Positions 9,263 through 17,456 of a stretch of 64,000 bases of DNA are shown here, in pieces. Position 1 is the first letter of the stretch. Each line of letters starts with the position of its first letter. Position numbers and translations under genes: made by a program. Source of the DNA: Candidatus Omnitrophota bacterium. GTDB taxonomy: Bacteria > Omnitrophota > Gorgyraeia > 2-01-FULL-45-10. A model generated the notes under the pieces. That model saw only the letters and a list, made by a program, of their open reading frames with translations, had not been told where the DNA came from and did not search any database. The stretch is taken from the NCBI GenBank assembly GCA_026387175.1, contig JAPLME010000003.1, positions 41,178 through 105,177 of the forward strand. The letters are read 5' to 3'.

Positions 9263-10870
9263 CTAAGGGGAAGTCCTGGCACAGCGAATGCCGACATAGT
9301 AGTAGCGACCAGCATCCGTGTACGCCGCGTAGATACGGTCCGATACACGAGCGTAGGAACTGCCGGTGCTCCAACCGCCGCCGCGGTAGCCTGAGCCGGT
9401 CGCGTTAGTTCCCGGCCAGTCGGTATTAGTTGTGCTTAAACTGCCGTCGCCGTGACTTCCGATAAATAACCTGCCGGTACTATTGCCTACGGTAACCGGC
9501 CTCTCCCATAAATTCCCTGAAAGCTCCATTATTCCGTAATAGGAACCGCCGGAGGCATATCGGCTTGAGGAACTGGTCGCGGCAAATCCTGAGCGCATAG
9601 GACCTGATACAGTACCGTTGTAGGAGCAATTAGCGTTGTTAGTAGCAGTTTCATTATTCGCGCCGGGATTTGTGGGCCCGGTAGGACCAGCGGTGGGAGC
9701 GGTTGGCCCCCAGGCGTATTCATTGGCTATCGGGTTCATCAGCCCTATAGACGCCTTTTCAAACTCAAGCTCTGTAAATGGCCGGAGTCCCGCCCAATCA
9801 GCATAAGCACATAAGTCGGGCCAGCTTACGTAGTTACAGGCTATCCATTCGCCGTCAGTGGATTCGTTCGGTGTGCCATTATTGTTGTAATCACAGTAAA
9901 ACGTTATTGGGGTAGTGGCTGGAATAGCGGCATCACATCGTATTCCACTACGATAATTAGAAGCGGAAGCGATATTAGCGGCAACACTGGTATTTGCCAT
10001 AACATATATATTGGTTACGGATGTTGTGCCCGAAGCCAGGGTTGTCCCGTTACCAGCCCTTTGGTTCTGCTGGGCACGGTTTAATGTATTCAGAAAATCC
10101 CGGTATTGGCCCTGGTTAACTTCATATTTCATCATGTAGAAACCGTTATAACCTTTGGGGAAAGCGGCAGGTATTGGGCCAGCCTGATCGCCGCCATAAG
10201 TATTTGAATTCGGATAATAGAGATTCCCGGTTGCTGTGCCCACAATAATAGAGTCTTCAGAGGATATCTTGTAAGGGCTGGTGGTGTTGGGATAGCTATA
10301 GAAAGCGTTTGTCTCAGTACCGCCTGAACCTACATAGAACGAACCCGTCGGCACATAGACCATTTCTATCGCCATAACTTTAACCGAGATAGAAGCCGAA
10401 GGAGAGACTCCATCTGTGGCGTAATCCCAGTATACGACTTGGTTGGTCCCGGGCCTGCAGAAAGCGCCTTTTTGATCGGCGCTTATTCCGGTACCGCTTT
10501 GGGCGTTATAGCTACTTACTGTCCCCCCTGAAATTAATGTGGCATGGCTCCAGGCTGTATCGGTACCGGCATTCGCGGCGTCGAAGTACTTCACGAATAC
10601 CCAGGCCCGGTCGAAGAAAGTCTGGCCGTTATTGTCTACGGAAGTGAAAGAATTGTCCCAGACAACGTCGAACTTTACGCCTATCGTACCGTTCGGCTGG
10701 CCTGCGGCTTTATATAAGGAGACATTACTTACGATTATATTATTAGCGTAAGCCTGGGAGGTGAATATTGAATAATGGAAAGCGGAGAGTGCTACTAATA
10801 AGAAGAGGACGCGAAACTTAGAGAGAGAGAGAGAGAGAGAGGAAAGGCTACGGGCAAAACGTTTCAACAT
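9263..10870 (-). CDS. DGR variable target protein: secreted, with an FGE-sulfatase / C-type-lectin-fold C-terminal domain carrying the VR
   Basis: Signal peptide MLKRFARSLSSLSLSLSKFRVLFLLVALSAFHYSIFTSQAYA. The FGE-like region runs YEVNQGQYRDFLN...WPDLCAYADWAGLRPFTELEFEKA...GNLWE. The C-terminus ...GRYYYVGIRCARTSP is encoded by the VR. Confidence 0.85.
   Translation of the reverse strand: MLKRFARSLSSLSLSLSKFRVLFLLVALSAFHYSIFTSQAYANNIIVSNVSLYKAAGQPNGTIGVKFDVVWDNSFTSVDNNGQTFFDRAWVFVKYFDAANAGTDTAWSHATLISGGTVSSYNAQSGTGISADQKGAFCRPGTNQVVYWDYATDGVSPSASISVKVMAIEMVYVPTGSFYVGSGGTETNAFYSYPNTTSPYKISSEDSIIVGTATGNLYYPNSNTYGGDQAGPIPAAFPKGYNGFYMMKYEVNQGQYRDFLNTLNRAQQNQRAGNGTTLASGTTSVTNIYVMANTSVAANIASASNYRSGIRCDAAIPATTPITFYCDYNNNGTPNESTDGEWIACNYVSWPDLCAYADWAGLRPFTELEFEKASIGLMNPIANEYAWGPTAPTAGPTGPTNPGANNETATNNANCSYNGTVSGPMRSGFAATSSSSRYASGGSYYGIMELSGNLWERPVTVGNSTGRLFIGSHGDGSLSTTNTDWPGTNATGSGYRGGGWSTGSSYARVSDRIYAAYTDAGRYYYVGIRCARTSP
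9269..9392 (-). repeat. DGR variable repeat (VR) at the 3' end of the target gene
   Basis: Aligned to TR 8533-8656. About 18 substitutions are all at TR-adenine positions, falling in codon positions 1 and 2 of TR AAC/AAT codons (e.g. TR CGC AAC AAC AAT AAC versus VR CGC TAC TAC TAT GTC). The 3' ends are identical (IMH-like, GGCATTCGCTGTGCCAGGACT versus ...CCAAGACT). Confidence 0.9.
10820..10841. repeat. (AG)11/(TC)11 dinucleotide microsatellite inside the signal-peptide codons (SLSLSLS) of the DGR target gene
   Basis: Counted directly; 22 nt of perfect AG repeats. Confidence 0.9.
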
Positions 10871-10887
10871 ATTTCCTCCTGTTTTTT

Positions 10888-10910
10888 AAAAATGGGACAC
10901 ATCCCTTTTT
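10888..10910. repeat. Inverted copy of the 9211-9232 hairpin, in the 5' UTR of the target gene between the promoter and the SD
   Basis: In minus sense it reads AAAAAGGGATGTGTCCCATTTTT, followed by AAAAAACAGGAGGAAATATG. Confidence 0.6.
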
Positions 10911-10941
10911 CTAAAGAAAACACGAAAATCCAACTTACCTG

Positions 10942-10971
10942 ATTATACTTCTCTCCCCCGTCTCGCGTCAA
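10942..10971 (-). promoter_or_regulatory. Sigma-70-like promoter of the DGR target gene: TTGACG-N18-TATAAT
   Basis: Minus-strand -35 at 10971-10966 and -10 at 10947-10942, about 70 nt upstream of the ATG. Confidence 0.45.
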
Positions 10972-11036
10972 CTGTTTAATAAAATTGGTATGGGGTCAGG
11001 TCTCCACTCTACACTTTTACCAGATTATTAATTTTA

Positions 11037-11318
11037 TCATGCCTGCTTTAATAGCCTGCGTATTTCATCGTGATTACCATATGCGATGAATTCTATAAGG
11101 CCCTTCTGTTTTTTAATCAAAATACGCCTATTTGAGGCGGCATCTATCTCGAAATAATCATCCTTACCCGCCATCTTTCTTACTCGTAAATCGGCAAATA
11201 TCATATCCTTGTTGTAATAATTGAATAGCTCGCGGATCTTTTCATCGATCCTGGATTTTTCAGAATGAGGAAGCTTCTTGTATACACGTTCAAAAGAAGG
11301 CTTGATAATAATCTTCAT
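11037..11318 (-). CDS. Type II toxin of the RelE/ParE superfamily (mRNA interferase-like)
   Basis: 93 aa; N-terminal KKLPHSEKSRIDEKIRELF and C-terminal IAYGNHDEI patterns of RelE/ParE. Lies downstream of a small DNA-binding partner. Confidence 0.75.
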   Translation of the reverse strand: MKIIIKPSFERVYKKLPHSEKSRIDEKIRELFNYYNKDMIFADLRVRKMAGKDDYFEIDAASNRRILIKKQKGLIEFIAYGNHDEIRRLLKQA

Positions 11319-11322
11319 GCAT

Positions 11323-11610
11323 TTATGATGCCTTATGAAGATGTCTTATAGCCGCATCAGCGCTGTCAAACGCCTTTCCTTTCGCGGAGGCAAGCTTTTC
11401 GATTTTCTTCCATTCCTGCGGTGTATAAGGGTTATCCTCTTTGATTGTTGTGGTCACTCTTAATAACATAAAACCACCTGAAGCCGCTTTAAAGGCTATT
11501 TCGGATCCTTCTTTAAGGCCGAGCAAAGCCCTCACGGCTCTTGGAATGGTAGTCTGACCTTTTGAGGTAATATGCGACATGTAATATCTGCCCTTATTAA
11601 GTGTTTTCAT
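11323..11610 (-). CDS. AbrB/MazE/SpoVT-family antitoxin (swapped-hairpin DNA-binding domain)
   Basis: SKGQTTIPRAVRALLGLKEGSEIAF is an AbrB-type motif. The gene is 4 bp upstream of the toxin gene. Confidence 0.7.
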   Translation of the reverse strand: MKTLNKGRYYMSHITSKGQTTIPRAVRALLGLKEGSEIAFKAASGGFMLLRVTTTIKEDNPYTPQEWKKIEKLASAKGKAFDSADAAIRHLHKAS

Positions 11611-11668
11611 TTTCGCGCCGCTCCTTTCGTATTCATTATTCCTTACTTTCTTACTTCCTTACAATACA

Positions 11669-11696
11669 AATATACCACATTTCGCCGGTTTGTCAA
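11669..11696 (-). promoter_or_regulatory. Sigma-70-like promoter of the TA operon: TTGACA-N16-TATATT
   Basis: Minus-strand -35 at 11696-11691 and -10 at 11674-11669. Confidence 0.4.
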
Positions 11697-11709
11697 TAGG
11701 AATCAGGTT

Positions 11710-13287
11710 CTAACCCTTTTTAATGTGCTCCGAAAGGTAGTTACCCGTAAGATCATCAATGGCTTGCGTCAATTCCTGTATCCTCAGCTCCTTTTCGAAA
11801 CGTAGCCTCATATCTACAGGCGGAGATGTCATGATCTCATACTGCAATCTTTTGCGCTCGAAGTATGCCCTTCTCAGGTCATCGAGAATATCATTCCTTA
11901 ATTGAGTCGTAAGGCGCGAACGGACGTCTATATTGGTCTGGTCATCGGACCAGATCAGGTTCGCCAGGTCCCATGACACCGAAATATCGAAACCTTCATT
12001 GATATCATCCGGGCCCACTACCACGCGATCCCTGTCCGGGACGGTTGCGGCCGCGACTATGTTATAATTGTTGGATGTGCTGTTATCAAATCCCACGCTG
12101 ACCTTCGGCGCCAACGCCCTCATCCGCGCGGCAGTACGCCACTCCTTTATCTTATCGGGGTGGACTTCATTAAACCTCATCGCAGCTTCCTGCAGCTCTT
12201 TAAAAGAAGGCTCGCCGTCAAATATCACCTTCATCGTCTTCAAGTTCTTCTCCACGTCCATATACTGGTTCTCTGTGAAATTTCCTATCTCTAATTTATA
12301 AAGGCCTTTGTCTGTGCCGGCCCAAAGCGTCTTCTCTTCCGCCTCTCCAAATACGATTTTCTTCACGTTCAGGGCTTTGTCCATGCCTTTGTATAGTTCG
12401 CTCCATTTGTTCTCATTCGCGGCGAACTCAAAGACTCCTTTAGTCGTCGCACAATACATTTTATCAGAGCTCTCCGAAACGAGAAGACAGTTTACGGTCC
12501 CGCGCAATCCCGTAGCGCAAAGGTATTTCCAGCTCTTAGCATTATCTTCCGAACATAATATACGTCTGGTGGATGCCGCATAGATCTTCGATCCTTTAAA
12601 CGCAATGCAATTTATACCCGGATCGGCAGCCTTCTCCGGTTCTGCGGAATCGGATGCCTCCTCCGGAGTATCACCGATATCCGACGCGTTAATATAGACA
12701 AATACCCTCTGCCAATCATAGGAATGGTCTCCGGTTGAATATAATCCGTCGTCGGCTCCGGCATATATATGTCCGCCATTAAGCGCAATACATTTAACCC
12801 GATGGTTCTTCAGTATACCGCTTGAGTCGCGCCACCTGGCGCCGCCGTCGTCGCTTATAAACAGCCCCCGCTCGGTGCCGATCATTACCTTATCGGCATT
12901 ACGGCCAGGAATATCAATGACGAGAACGCTCGACTTCTCCGGTATTATCGTCTTGAATACATTTCGCCAGGTCTTGCCAAGATCTTGAGATTTGAAAAGC
13001 CCGCGCCTGGTCCCGACAAATAAATTGCCGGAGTTACCGCTTATGCAGGCTATCTCATTATCGCTCGACGGAATAAAGAATATGGATTCCCATCTCGCCT
13101 TTGGCCCGTTTGAAGCATAAAGCTCGGTCCTGGTGGCCAAATATATCTTCCGGCCATCCACAAAGACGGACCTGGTATCGATATTGCGTATCGAGCCGTC
13201 CTTTGACGTCCACAGTTCCTGAGGATAAATGGTTAACGCGCCCAGCAGCACAAAAGCCAGTACAAAAATAATGCTCTTAATTGACAT
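11710..13287 (-). CDS. Secreted beta-propeller protein (BNR/Ycf48-like repeats) with a C-terminal helical region
   Basis: Signal peptide; repeated G(T/S)xxGLFxSxDxGxxWR motifs (LFKSQDLGKTWRNV, LFISDDGGARWRD, LYSTGDHSYDWQ). Confidence 0.65.
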   Translation of the reverse strand: MSIKSIIFVLAFVLLGALTIYPQELWTSKDGSIRNIDTRSVFVDGRKIYLATRTELYASNGPKARWESIFFIPSSDNEIACISGNSGNLFVGTRRGLFKSQDLGKTWRNVFKTIIPEKSSVLVIDIPGRNADKVMIGTERGLFISDDGGARWRDSSGILKNHRVKCIALNGGHIYAGADDGLYSTGDHSYDWQRVFVYINASDIGDTPEEASDSAEPEKAADPGINCIAFKGSKIYAASTRRILCSEDNAKSWKYLCATGLRGTVNCLLVSESSDKMYCATTKGVFEFAANENKWSELYKGMDKALNVKKIVFGEAEEKTLWAGTDKGLYKLEIGNFTENQYMDVEKNLKTMKVIFDGEPSFKELQEAAMRFNEVHPDKIKEWRTAARMRALAPKVSVGFDNSTSNNYNIVAAATVPDRDRVVVGPDDINEGFDISVSWDLANLIWSDDQTNIDVRSRLTTQLRNDILDDLRRAYFERKRLQYEIMTSPPVDMRLRFEKELRIQELTQAIDDLTGNYLSEHIKKG

Positions 13288-13315
13288 AAAAAATCCTCCA
13301 TATTTTCAGGAGGAG

Positions 13316-13344
13316 ATCATACCACAATATTGACTTTTTGTCAA
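13316..13344 (-). promoter_or_regulatory. Consensus sigma-70 promoter TTGACA-N17-TATGAT (with TGn) for the beta-propeller gene
   Basis: Minus-strand -35 at 13344-13339 and -10 at 13321-13316, followed by SD GGAGGA. It overlaps the TTGAC-N5-GTCAA inverted repeat. Confidence 0.5.
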
Positions 13345-13383
13345 CTTAAATTTGATTTTTAATTAAATTAATAGAGCAGGCTT

Positions 13384-13761
13384 TTATTGAACGTGCTTGT
13401 TGACGAGTTCCAGTAGACCTTCCATGCTCACCGGCTTTATAATATAATCCGCCGCTCCCAGCTTTCCGGCATCGAACGCGTATTCTATATCGCTCTGCGC
13501 CGTGATTATTATAACGGGGATCGTAGATGTCCTGGAATCGGCCTTTAACCGTAAAAGAGCCTCGAAACCGTTGACTTTCGGCATAACGAGGTCCAGCAGT
13601 ATGACTTTGGGCAGATCTTTTTTTGCCTTTTCCACCCCGTCATGGCCGTTATACGCTCCGATGACGTTATATCCATAAGCCTCAAGCCGCATCTTCACCG
13701 CATCGACAAAACCAACCTCGTCATCTATCACAAGTATGGTTTTTTGCGCCATAAGCTTCAC
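13384..13761 (-). CDS. Single-domain response regulator (CheY-like receiver)
   Basis: ILVIDDE...phospho-acceptor D in LLDLVMP...K in IIKP; 125 aa. Confidence 0.85.
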   Translation of the reverse strand: MKLMAQKTILVIDDEVGFVDAVKMRLEAYGYNVIGAYNGHDGVEKAKKDLPKVILLDLVMPKVNGFEALLRLKADSRTSTIPVIIITAQSDIEYAFDAGKLGAADYIIKPVSMEGLLELVNKHVQ

Positions 13762-13798
13762 TCCCCTTCTTTTAATGAGAGTATATCACATAATATAT

Positions 13799-14497
13799 CT
13801 AAGAACAGGCCGAATATATAAATTTTTTATCCACCAGCCTGAGCTTTCCCTCTTTCAGATCCGCCAGGTTTACCCTGCCTATCCTTATGCGTAAAAGATC
13901 CAGCACCTTATACCCGAGAGCCTCAAAGAGCCTGCGCAGATGGCGCTTCTTCCCTTCGCATATGATCACGGTCAGTTGCGTCTTGTTCGGCCATCTTTTA
14001 CTTATCGAAGCGGATTTCACTTTAAGGATCTCTCCGTAATCTTCAACTCCTCTTATCAGCTTCTTGATTATGGACTCTTCGGCATCGCCCTCTATAGTCA
14101 CGATATATTCTTTTTCGATCTCAAACTTCGGATGAGTAAAACGGTGGCAAAGATCCCCGTCATTCGTAAGTATTATCAGCCCCCGCGAATTTTTATCGAG
14201 CCTTCCTACGGGATAAACGCGCCCGAACCGCTTCGGGATCAAATCAGTTATCTTCTCCTCCGCGAATTTGTCCTCACAGGTCGCCGTTACGCCCCTCGGC
14301 TTATTGAATAGGATATAGACCTGCTTTTCGGCGTTTAATAATTTGCCGCACGCCTTGACCGCGTCGTCATCCGATACTTCGAACCACGGTTCAAGCACGG
14401 GTTTGCCGTTTACGGTGACTTTACCGTCTTTGATAAGGAGCGCGGCATTCCTCCTGGAACAATAGCCACATCGAGCTATGTAGAGATTCAGCTTCAT
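13799..14497 (-). CDS. RsuA/RluB-family pseudouridine synthase (S4 plus catalytic domain)
   Basis: S4-like N-terminus; catalytic VGRLDKNSRGLIILTNDGDL motif. Confidence 0.8.
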   Translation of the reverse strand: MKLNLYIARCGYCSRRNAALLIKDGKVTVNGKPVLEPWFEVSDDDAVKACGKLLNAEKQVYILFNKPRGVTATCEDKFAEEKITDLIPKRFGRVYPVGRLDKNSRGLIILTNDGDLCHRFTHPKFEIEKEYIVTIEGDAEESIIKKLIRGVEDYGEILKVKSASISKRWPNKTQLTVIICEGKKRHLRRLFEALGYKVLDLLRIRIGRVNLADLKEGKLRLVDKKFIYSACS

Positions 14498-16785
14498 GAA
14501 AATATTACTCCCGCTATAAGTACGATTAAGGTCTTAAAGCTGAGCGCGGCTATCACAAGGCATGTCTTAGGTAAGCCGAGTATCGGGAGAAGGAATAACC
14601 CGGTTACGAGCGCGCCAATACACGAACCGAACAGGTCCCGGCCGTAATTTATGCCCGCCACATGTCCCCTCTCTTCCTCATTATTCAGGCAGAGCGCTCC
14701 GGCGATCGGAAATATAAAACCTCCCAGGAATCCGGAAAGCAGAGGTAGCATCAAGAATATGACATTGGACCCGAGCCAGCTCACAAACTCGCCGTGTGCG
14801 CATGAAAGGTAGCTGAGCACCGACAATAACAGGAGCGGATACAGCGAAAGGATACTTAAAAGAGTTATAAGCGCGTACTTATTCCTGGATTGATCTAGGC
14901 GCGACAAAACTCTTAGGCCGGACAGGCCTCCGAGGGCTATGCCCGCCATGAAGGCAGTCAGTATAATACCCAGTTTATAGAATATGAAACCGTAGATCAT
15001 CTGGAACGAAAGCAGTATGATGATCTGGAAAGACATCTGGCTGAAACCGTTGACCGACACGGAAAGCATCGTCACGACCTTGCAGATCTTCTTTTTCTTC
15101 ACAAGTATAAAACCCGCCGCAAGGATCGCTATCAGGACCAGTATCACTGCCGACCAGACCACTCTTTCATTGACGGTCTTCAGCGTCTTGGCCAGCGAGG
15201 AGTCTTTAAAGCGGGCGGCCCACGCCGTTATTCTGTAATAATACGATGAGGGCCTGAAATCACGGTTTATCCGTATGTTCCGGTCATCCTTGACTATCTT
15301 ATCCGTATAGGAAATAAGCTCATTGGACATCCTCGAAACGAGGTAATATTCACGTACATACTTCAGTTTCAATCCCCTGGCCTTGGCCCTATCCATCAGG
15401 ATATTGTAATCATAAGTGAGCACACCCTTTTTCGGCGATGCCAGGAAATACGCCGTTTCGCCGGGAATAACTTTGATATCCGGAAAGACCTTCTCCAATG
15501 TCGCGTATATCGACCTTAGGAAATCGGCAAGCTCAGGGCCTATATAACTCTCCGAGGCGCTCAGCCCGAACGACAGGACTCCTCCGTCATTCATTATATT
15601 TCTGACCTCGTTATAAAATTCCAGCGTATAAAACCTGTTCATCTGCGCCGTATACGGATCACCGAGGTTAATTATGACGCAATCATATTTTTCAGAGGTC
15701 CTCTTGATATAGCGCCTTCCGTCTTCGAATATAACGGACACCCCGGGATTTAAGAACTGCGCGCGATTCTCCGCGCTCAGATGTTCTTCGGCCATCTTCA
15801 GTATGAGCGGGTCGAGCTCGACATAATCTATCTTTTCGACCGGATGCCTGGCTATTTCGTCCAGGAGCCCACCCGCGCCTCCGCCTATCAGGAGCACCTT
15901 CTTTGGGGCCGGGTGCTCCAGGAGAGCAAAATGAGCGGCCTCTTCCGCTGTGGGCCTGTCCGGAACCGCATACAGATAAAGGCCGTTATCGAAGAAAGAG
16001 AATTGGTTTCCCTTTTTCGTCACGGCGACATTGCCGTAAATAGAATTTTTTGATGCCAGGAGTTCGCTCCCCCGCCATTCCACCTTCAGGAAATATTCGT
16101 CCAGGGCCTTCCACCCGCTGAAGAGCCATAAGATGATATATAAGGAGAATACCATTACCGCAAGGAACGGTATTATTCTGTTGGATTTTTCTTCTTTGCG
16201 CGACCTGGATAGCGTAACAGCCGAAATCAACATTAGCGAGCCCAGCGCGCCCATTATCTGCATCGAGTTCAAATACCGGATCAGGATAAAACTGGTGATG
16301 ACGCCTCCTATCATCGCGCCGACGGCTTCCATGATATATACTTCGCCTATCCTGGACGCTCCGAGGCTGGGCTCGGGCCTATGGACACGCGATGCCAGCG
16401 AGAACATGAAGCCGAGGATCGTGCAGATAGGCAGCAGAATTATCAGGCTGGCGCAAGCTATCGGGAAGATAGGGACTATCTCTCCGGGGTTGACCCCGAG
16501 AGCCAATCTGACGGATCGGACCGCCATTACAGACAGAGGAAACAGTATGCTTACGGCGACCTGACACGCGATGAAGACCGACATCCTGTTCTTTAGCCTA
16601 TCCGCAAAATGCGCTCCCAGGAAAGCGCTCCCTATCGCGCCCCCTATGAGCCAGCTCGCGAGAATGAAGGCCAGAGAAAGCTCATTTCCGCAGAATACTA
16701 TAAGAAGCTCGCGGATAAGCACTATCTGCGAGGCCATGGCGGTAAAACCGATGAGGGCTATCGAAAAGACGATGGGTTTTTTCAT
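14494..16785 (-). CDS. Polytopic membrane protein fused to a spermidine/spermine synthase-like aminopropyltransferase domain
   Basis: 763 aa; many TM segments on both sides of VLLIGGGAGGLLDEI...YDCVIINLGDP (SpeE fold). Confidence 0.75.
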   Translation of the reverse strand: MKKPIVFSIALIGFTAMASQIVLIRELLIVFCGNELSLAFILASWLIGGAIGSAFLGAHFADRLKNRMSVFIACQVAVSILFPLSVMAVRSVRLALGVNPGEIVPIFPIACASLIILLPICTILGFMFSLASRVHRPEPSLGASRIGEVYIMEAVGAMIGGVITSFILIRYLNSMQIMGALGSLMLISAVTLSRSRKEEKSNRIIPFLAVMVFSLYIILWLFSGWKALDEYFLKVEWRGSELLASKNSIYGNVAVTKKGNQFSFFDNGLYLYAVPDRPTAEEAAHFALLEHPAPKKVLLIGGGAGGLLDEIARHPVEKIDYVELDPLILKMAEEHLSAENRAQFLNPGVSVIFEDGRRYIKRTSEKYDCVIINLGDPYTAQMNRFYTLEFYNEVRNIMNDGGVLSFGLSASESYIGPELADFLRSIYATLEKVFPDIKVIPGETAYFLASPKKGVLTYDYNILMDRAKARGLKLKYVREYYLVSRMSNELISYTDKIVKDDRNIRINRDFRPSSYYYRITAWAARFKDSSLAKTLKTVNERVVWSAVILVLIAILAAGFILVKKKKICKVVTMLSVSVNGFSQMSFQIIILLSFQMIYGFIFYKLGIILTAFMAGIALGGLSGLRVLSRLDQSRNKYALITLLSILSLYPLLLLSVLSYLSCAHGEFVSWLGSNVIFLMLPLLSGFLGGFIFPIAGALCLNNEEERGHVAGINYGRDLFGSCIGALVTGLFLLPILGLPKTCLVIAALSFKTLIVLIAGVIFS

Positions 16786-17456
16786 AGCGCTTTAATTCCC
16801 GCCCGGATAAGGCCGAGGCCGAATAATATTAAAATGGCTGAACAGGATATCCTGAATATGCTATTGGCTGTTTTTGAACGGAATATCTTGCGGGCAAAGC
16901 CCTTAAAGATACCGGTGAGGCTCGCGATAACTATGATTCCGGCAAGAAAAGTGCCGAGGCCGAAAGAGAACGCGTATGACGCGCCCTCAAACGCGCTCCT
17001 CGATATGAGCGCGATCTCGAACAGCAGAGCAGTCAAGGGCCCGCAAGGGCTTATTCCCACTAAAAATCCGAGGGCGAGAAGACTCCCTGAATTGTATACC
17101 TTACCGCTGTATTCATTACACGCGCACAATTTAGTTTCTTTATACATAAATACAAATATTCCCAAAAGGATGCTTATCACGCCGCTGGCTAGATTAAAAT
17201 ACGGCGTAAGGTCCGTTTCGATGAAGCGCCTTAAATAGAAACCCGATAGACCGGCTATCGCCCCCAGTATAATATACGCAAAAAGCCTGCCGGACAGGAA
17301 GACCGTTATATCGGCGGCAGTCTCTCCCCATCCTTTCTGCCGGGCTGTTATATATGTTATCATGACAGGCATGCAGACCAGAAGGCATGGCCCGTAACTT
17401 GCGAAGCTGAAACCTATCCAGAAGACCTGAAGATGCGTGATTAAATTATCGGGCAC
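16782..17456 (-). CDS. ccdA: CcdA/DsbD-type thiol-disulfide transporter membrane protein
   Basis: Six predicted TM helices; Cys pairs YGPCLLVC and ISPCGPL in TM helices. Confidence 0.65.
   Translation of the reverse strand: MPDNLITHLQVFWIGFSFASYGPCLLVCMPVMITYITARQKGWGETAADITVFLSGRLFAYIILGAIAGLSGFYLRRFIETDLTPYFNLASGVISILLGIFVFMYKETKLCACNEYSGKVYNSGSLLALGFLVGISPCGPLTALLFEIALISRSAFEGASYAFSFGLGTFLAGIIVIASLTGIFKGFARKIFRSKTANSIFRISCSAILILFGLGLIRAGIKAL

Noticed and set aside
9529-10751. Small ORFs 9529-9723 (minus) and 10539-10751 (plus) inside the DGR target gene
   Set aside because: Nested within a confidently called 535-aa CDS. Their compositionally biased products are typical of spurious frames.
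10820-10841. The (AG)n tract as a possible CRISPR or tandem regulatory array
   Set aside because: It is a simple dinucleotide microsatellite inside a coding region. It has no repeat-spacer structure and no cas genes in the window.
11710-13287. Beta-propeller secreted protein as a second DGR target
   Set aside because: No segment with TR-like (8533-8656) homology was seen in or near this gene, and its C-terminus is helical rather than C-type-lectin-like.
13330-13344. TTGAC-N5-GTCAA inverted repeat as a CRP/FNR-type operator
   Set aside because: Its half-sites overlap a consensus -35 hexamer. The symmetry is most simply explained by the promoter element itself. Regulator binding cannot be claimed from sequence.
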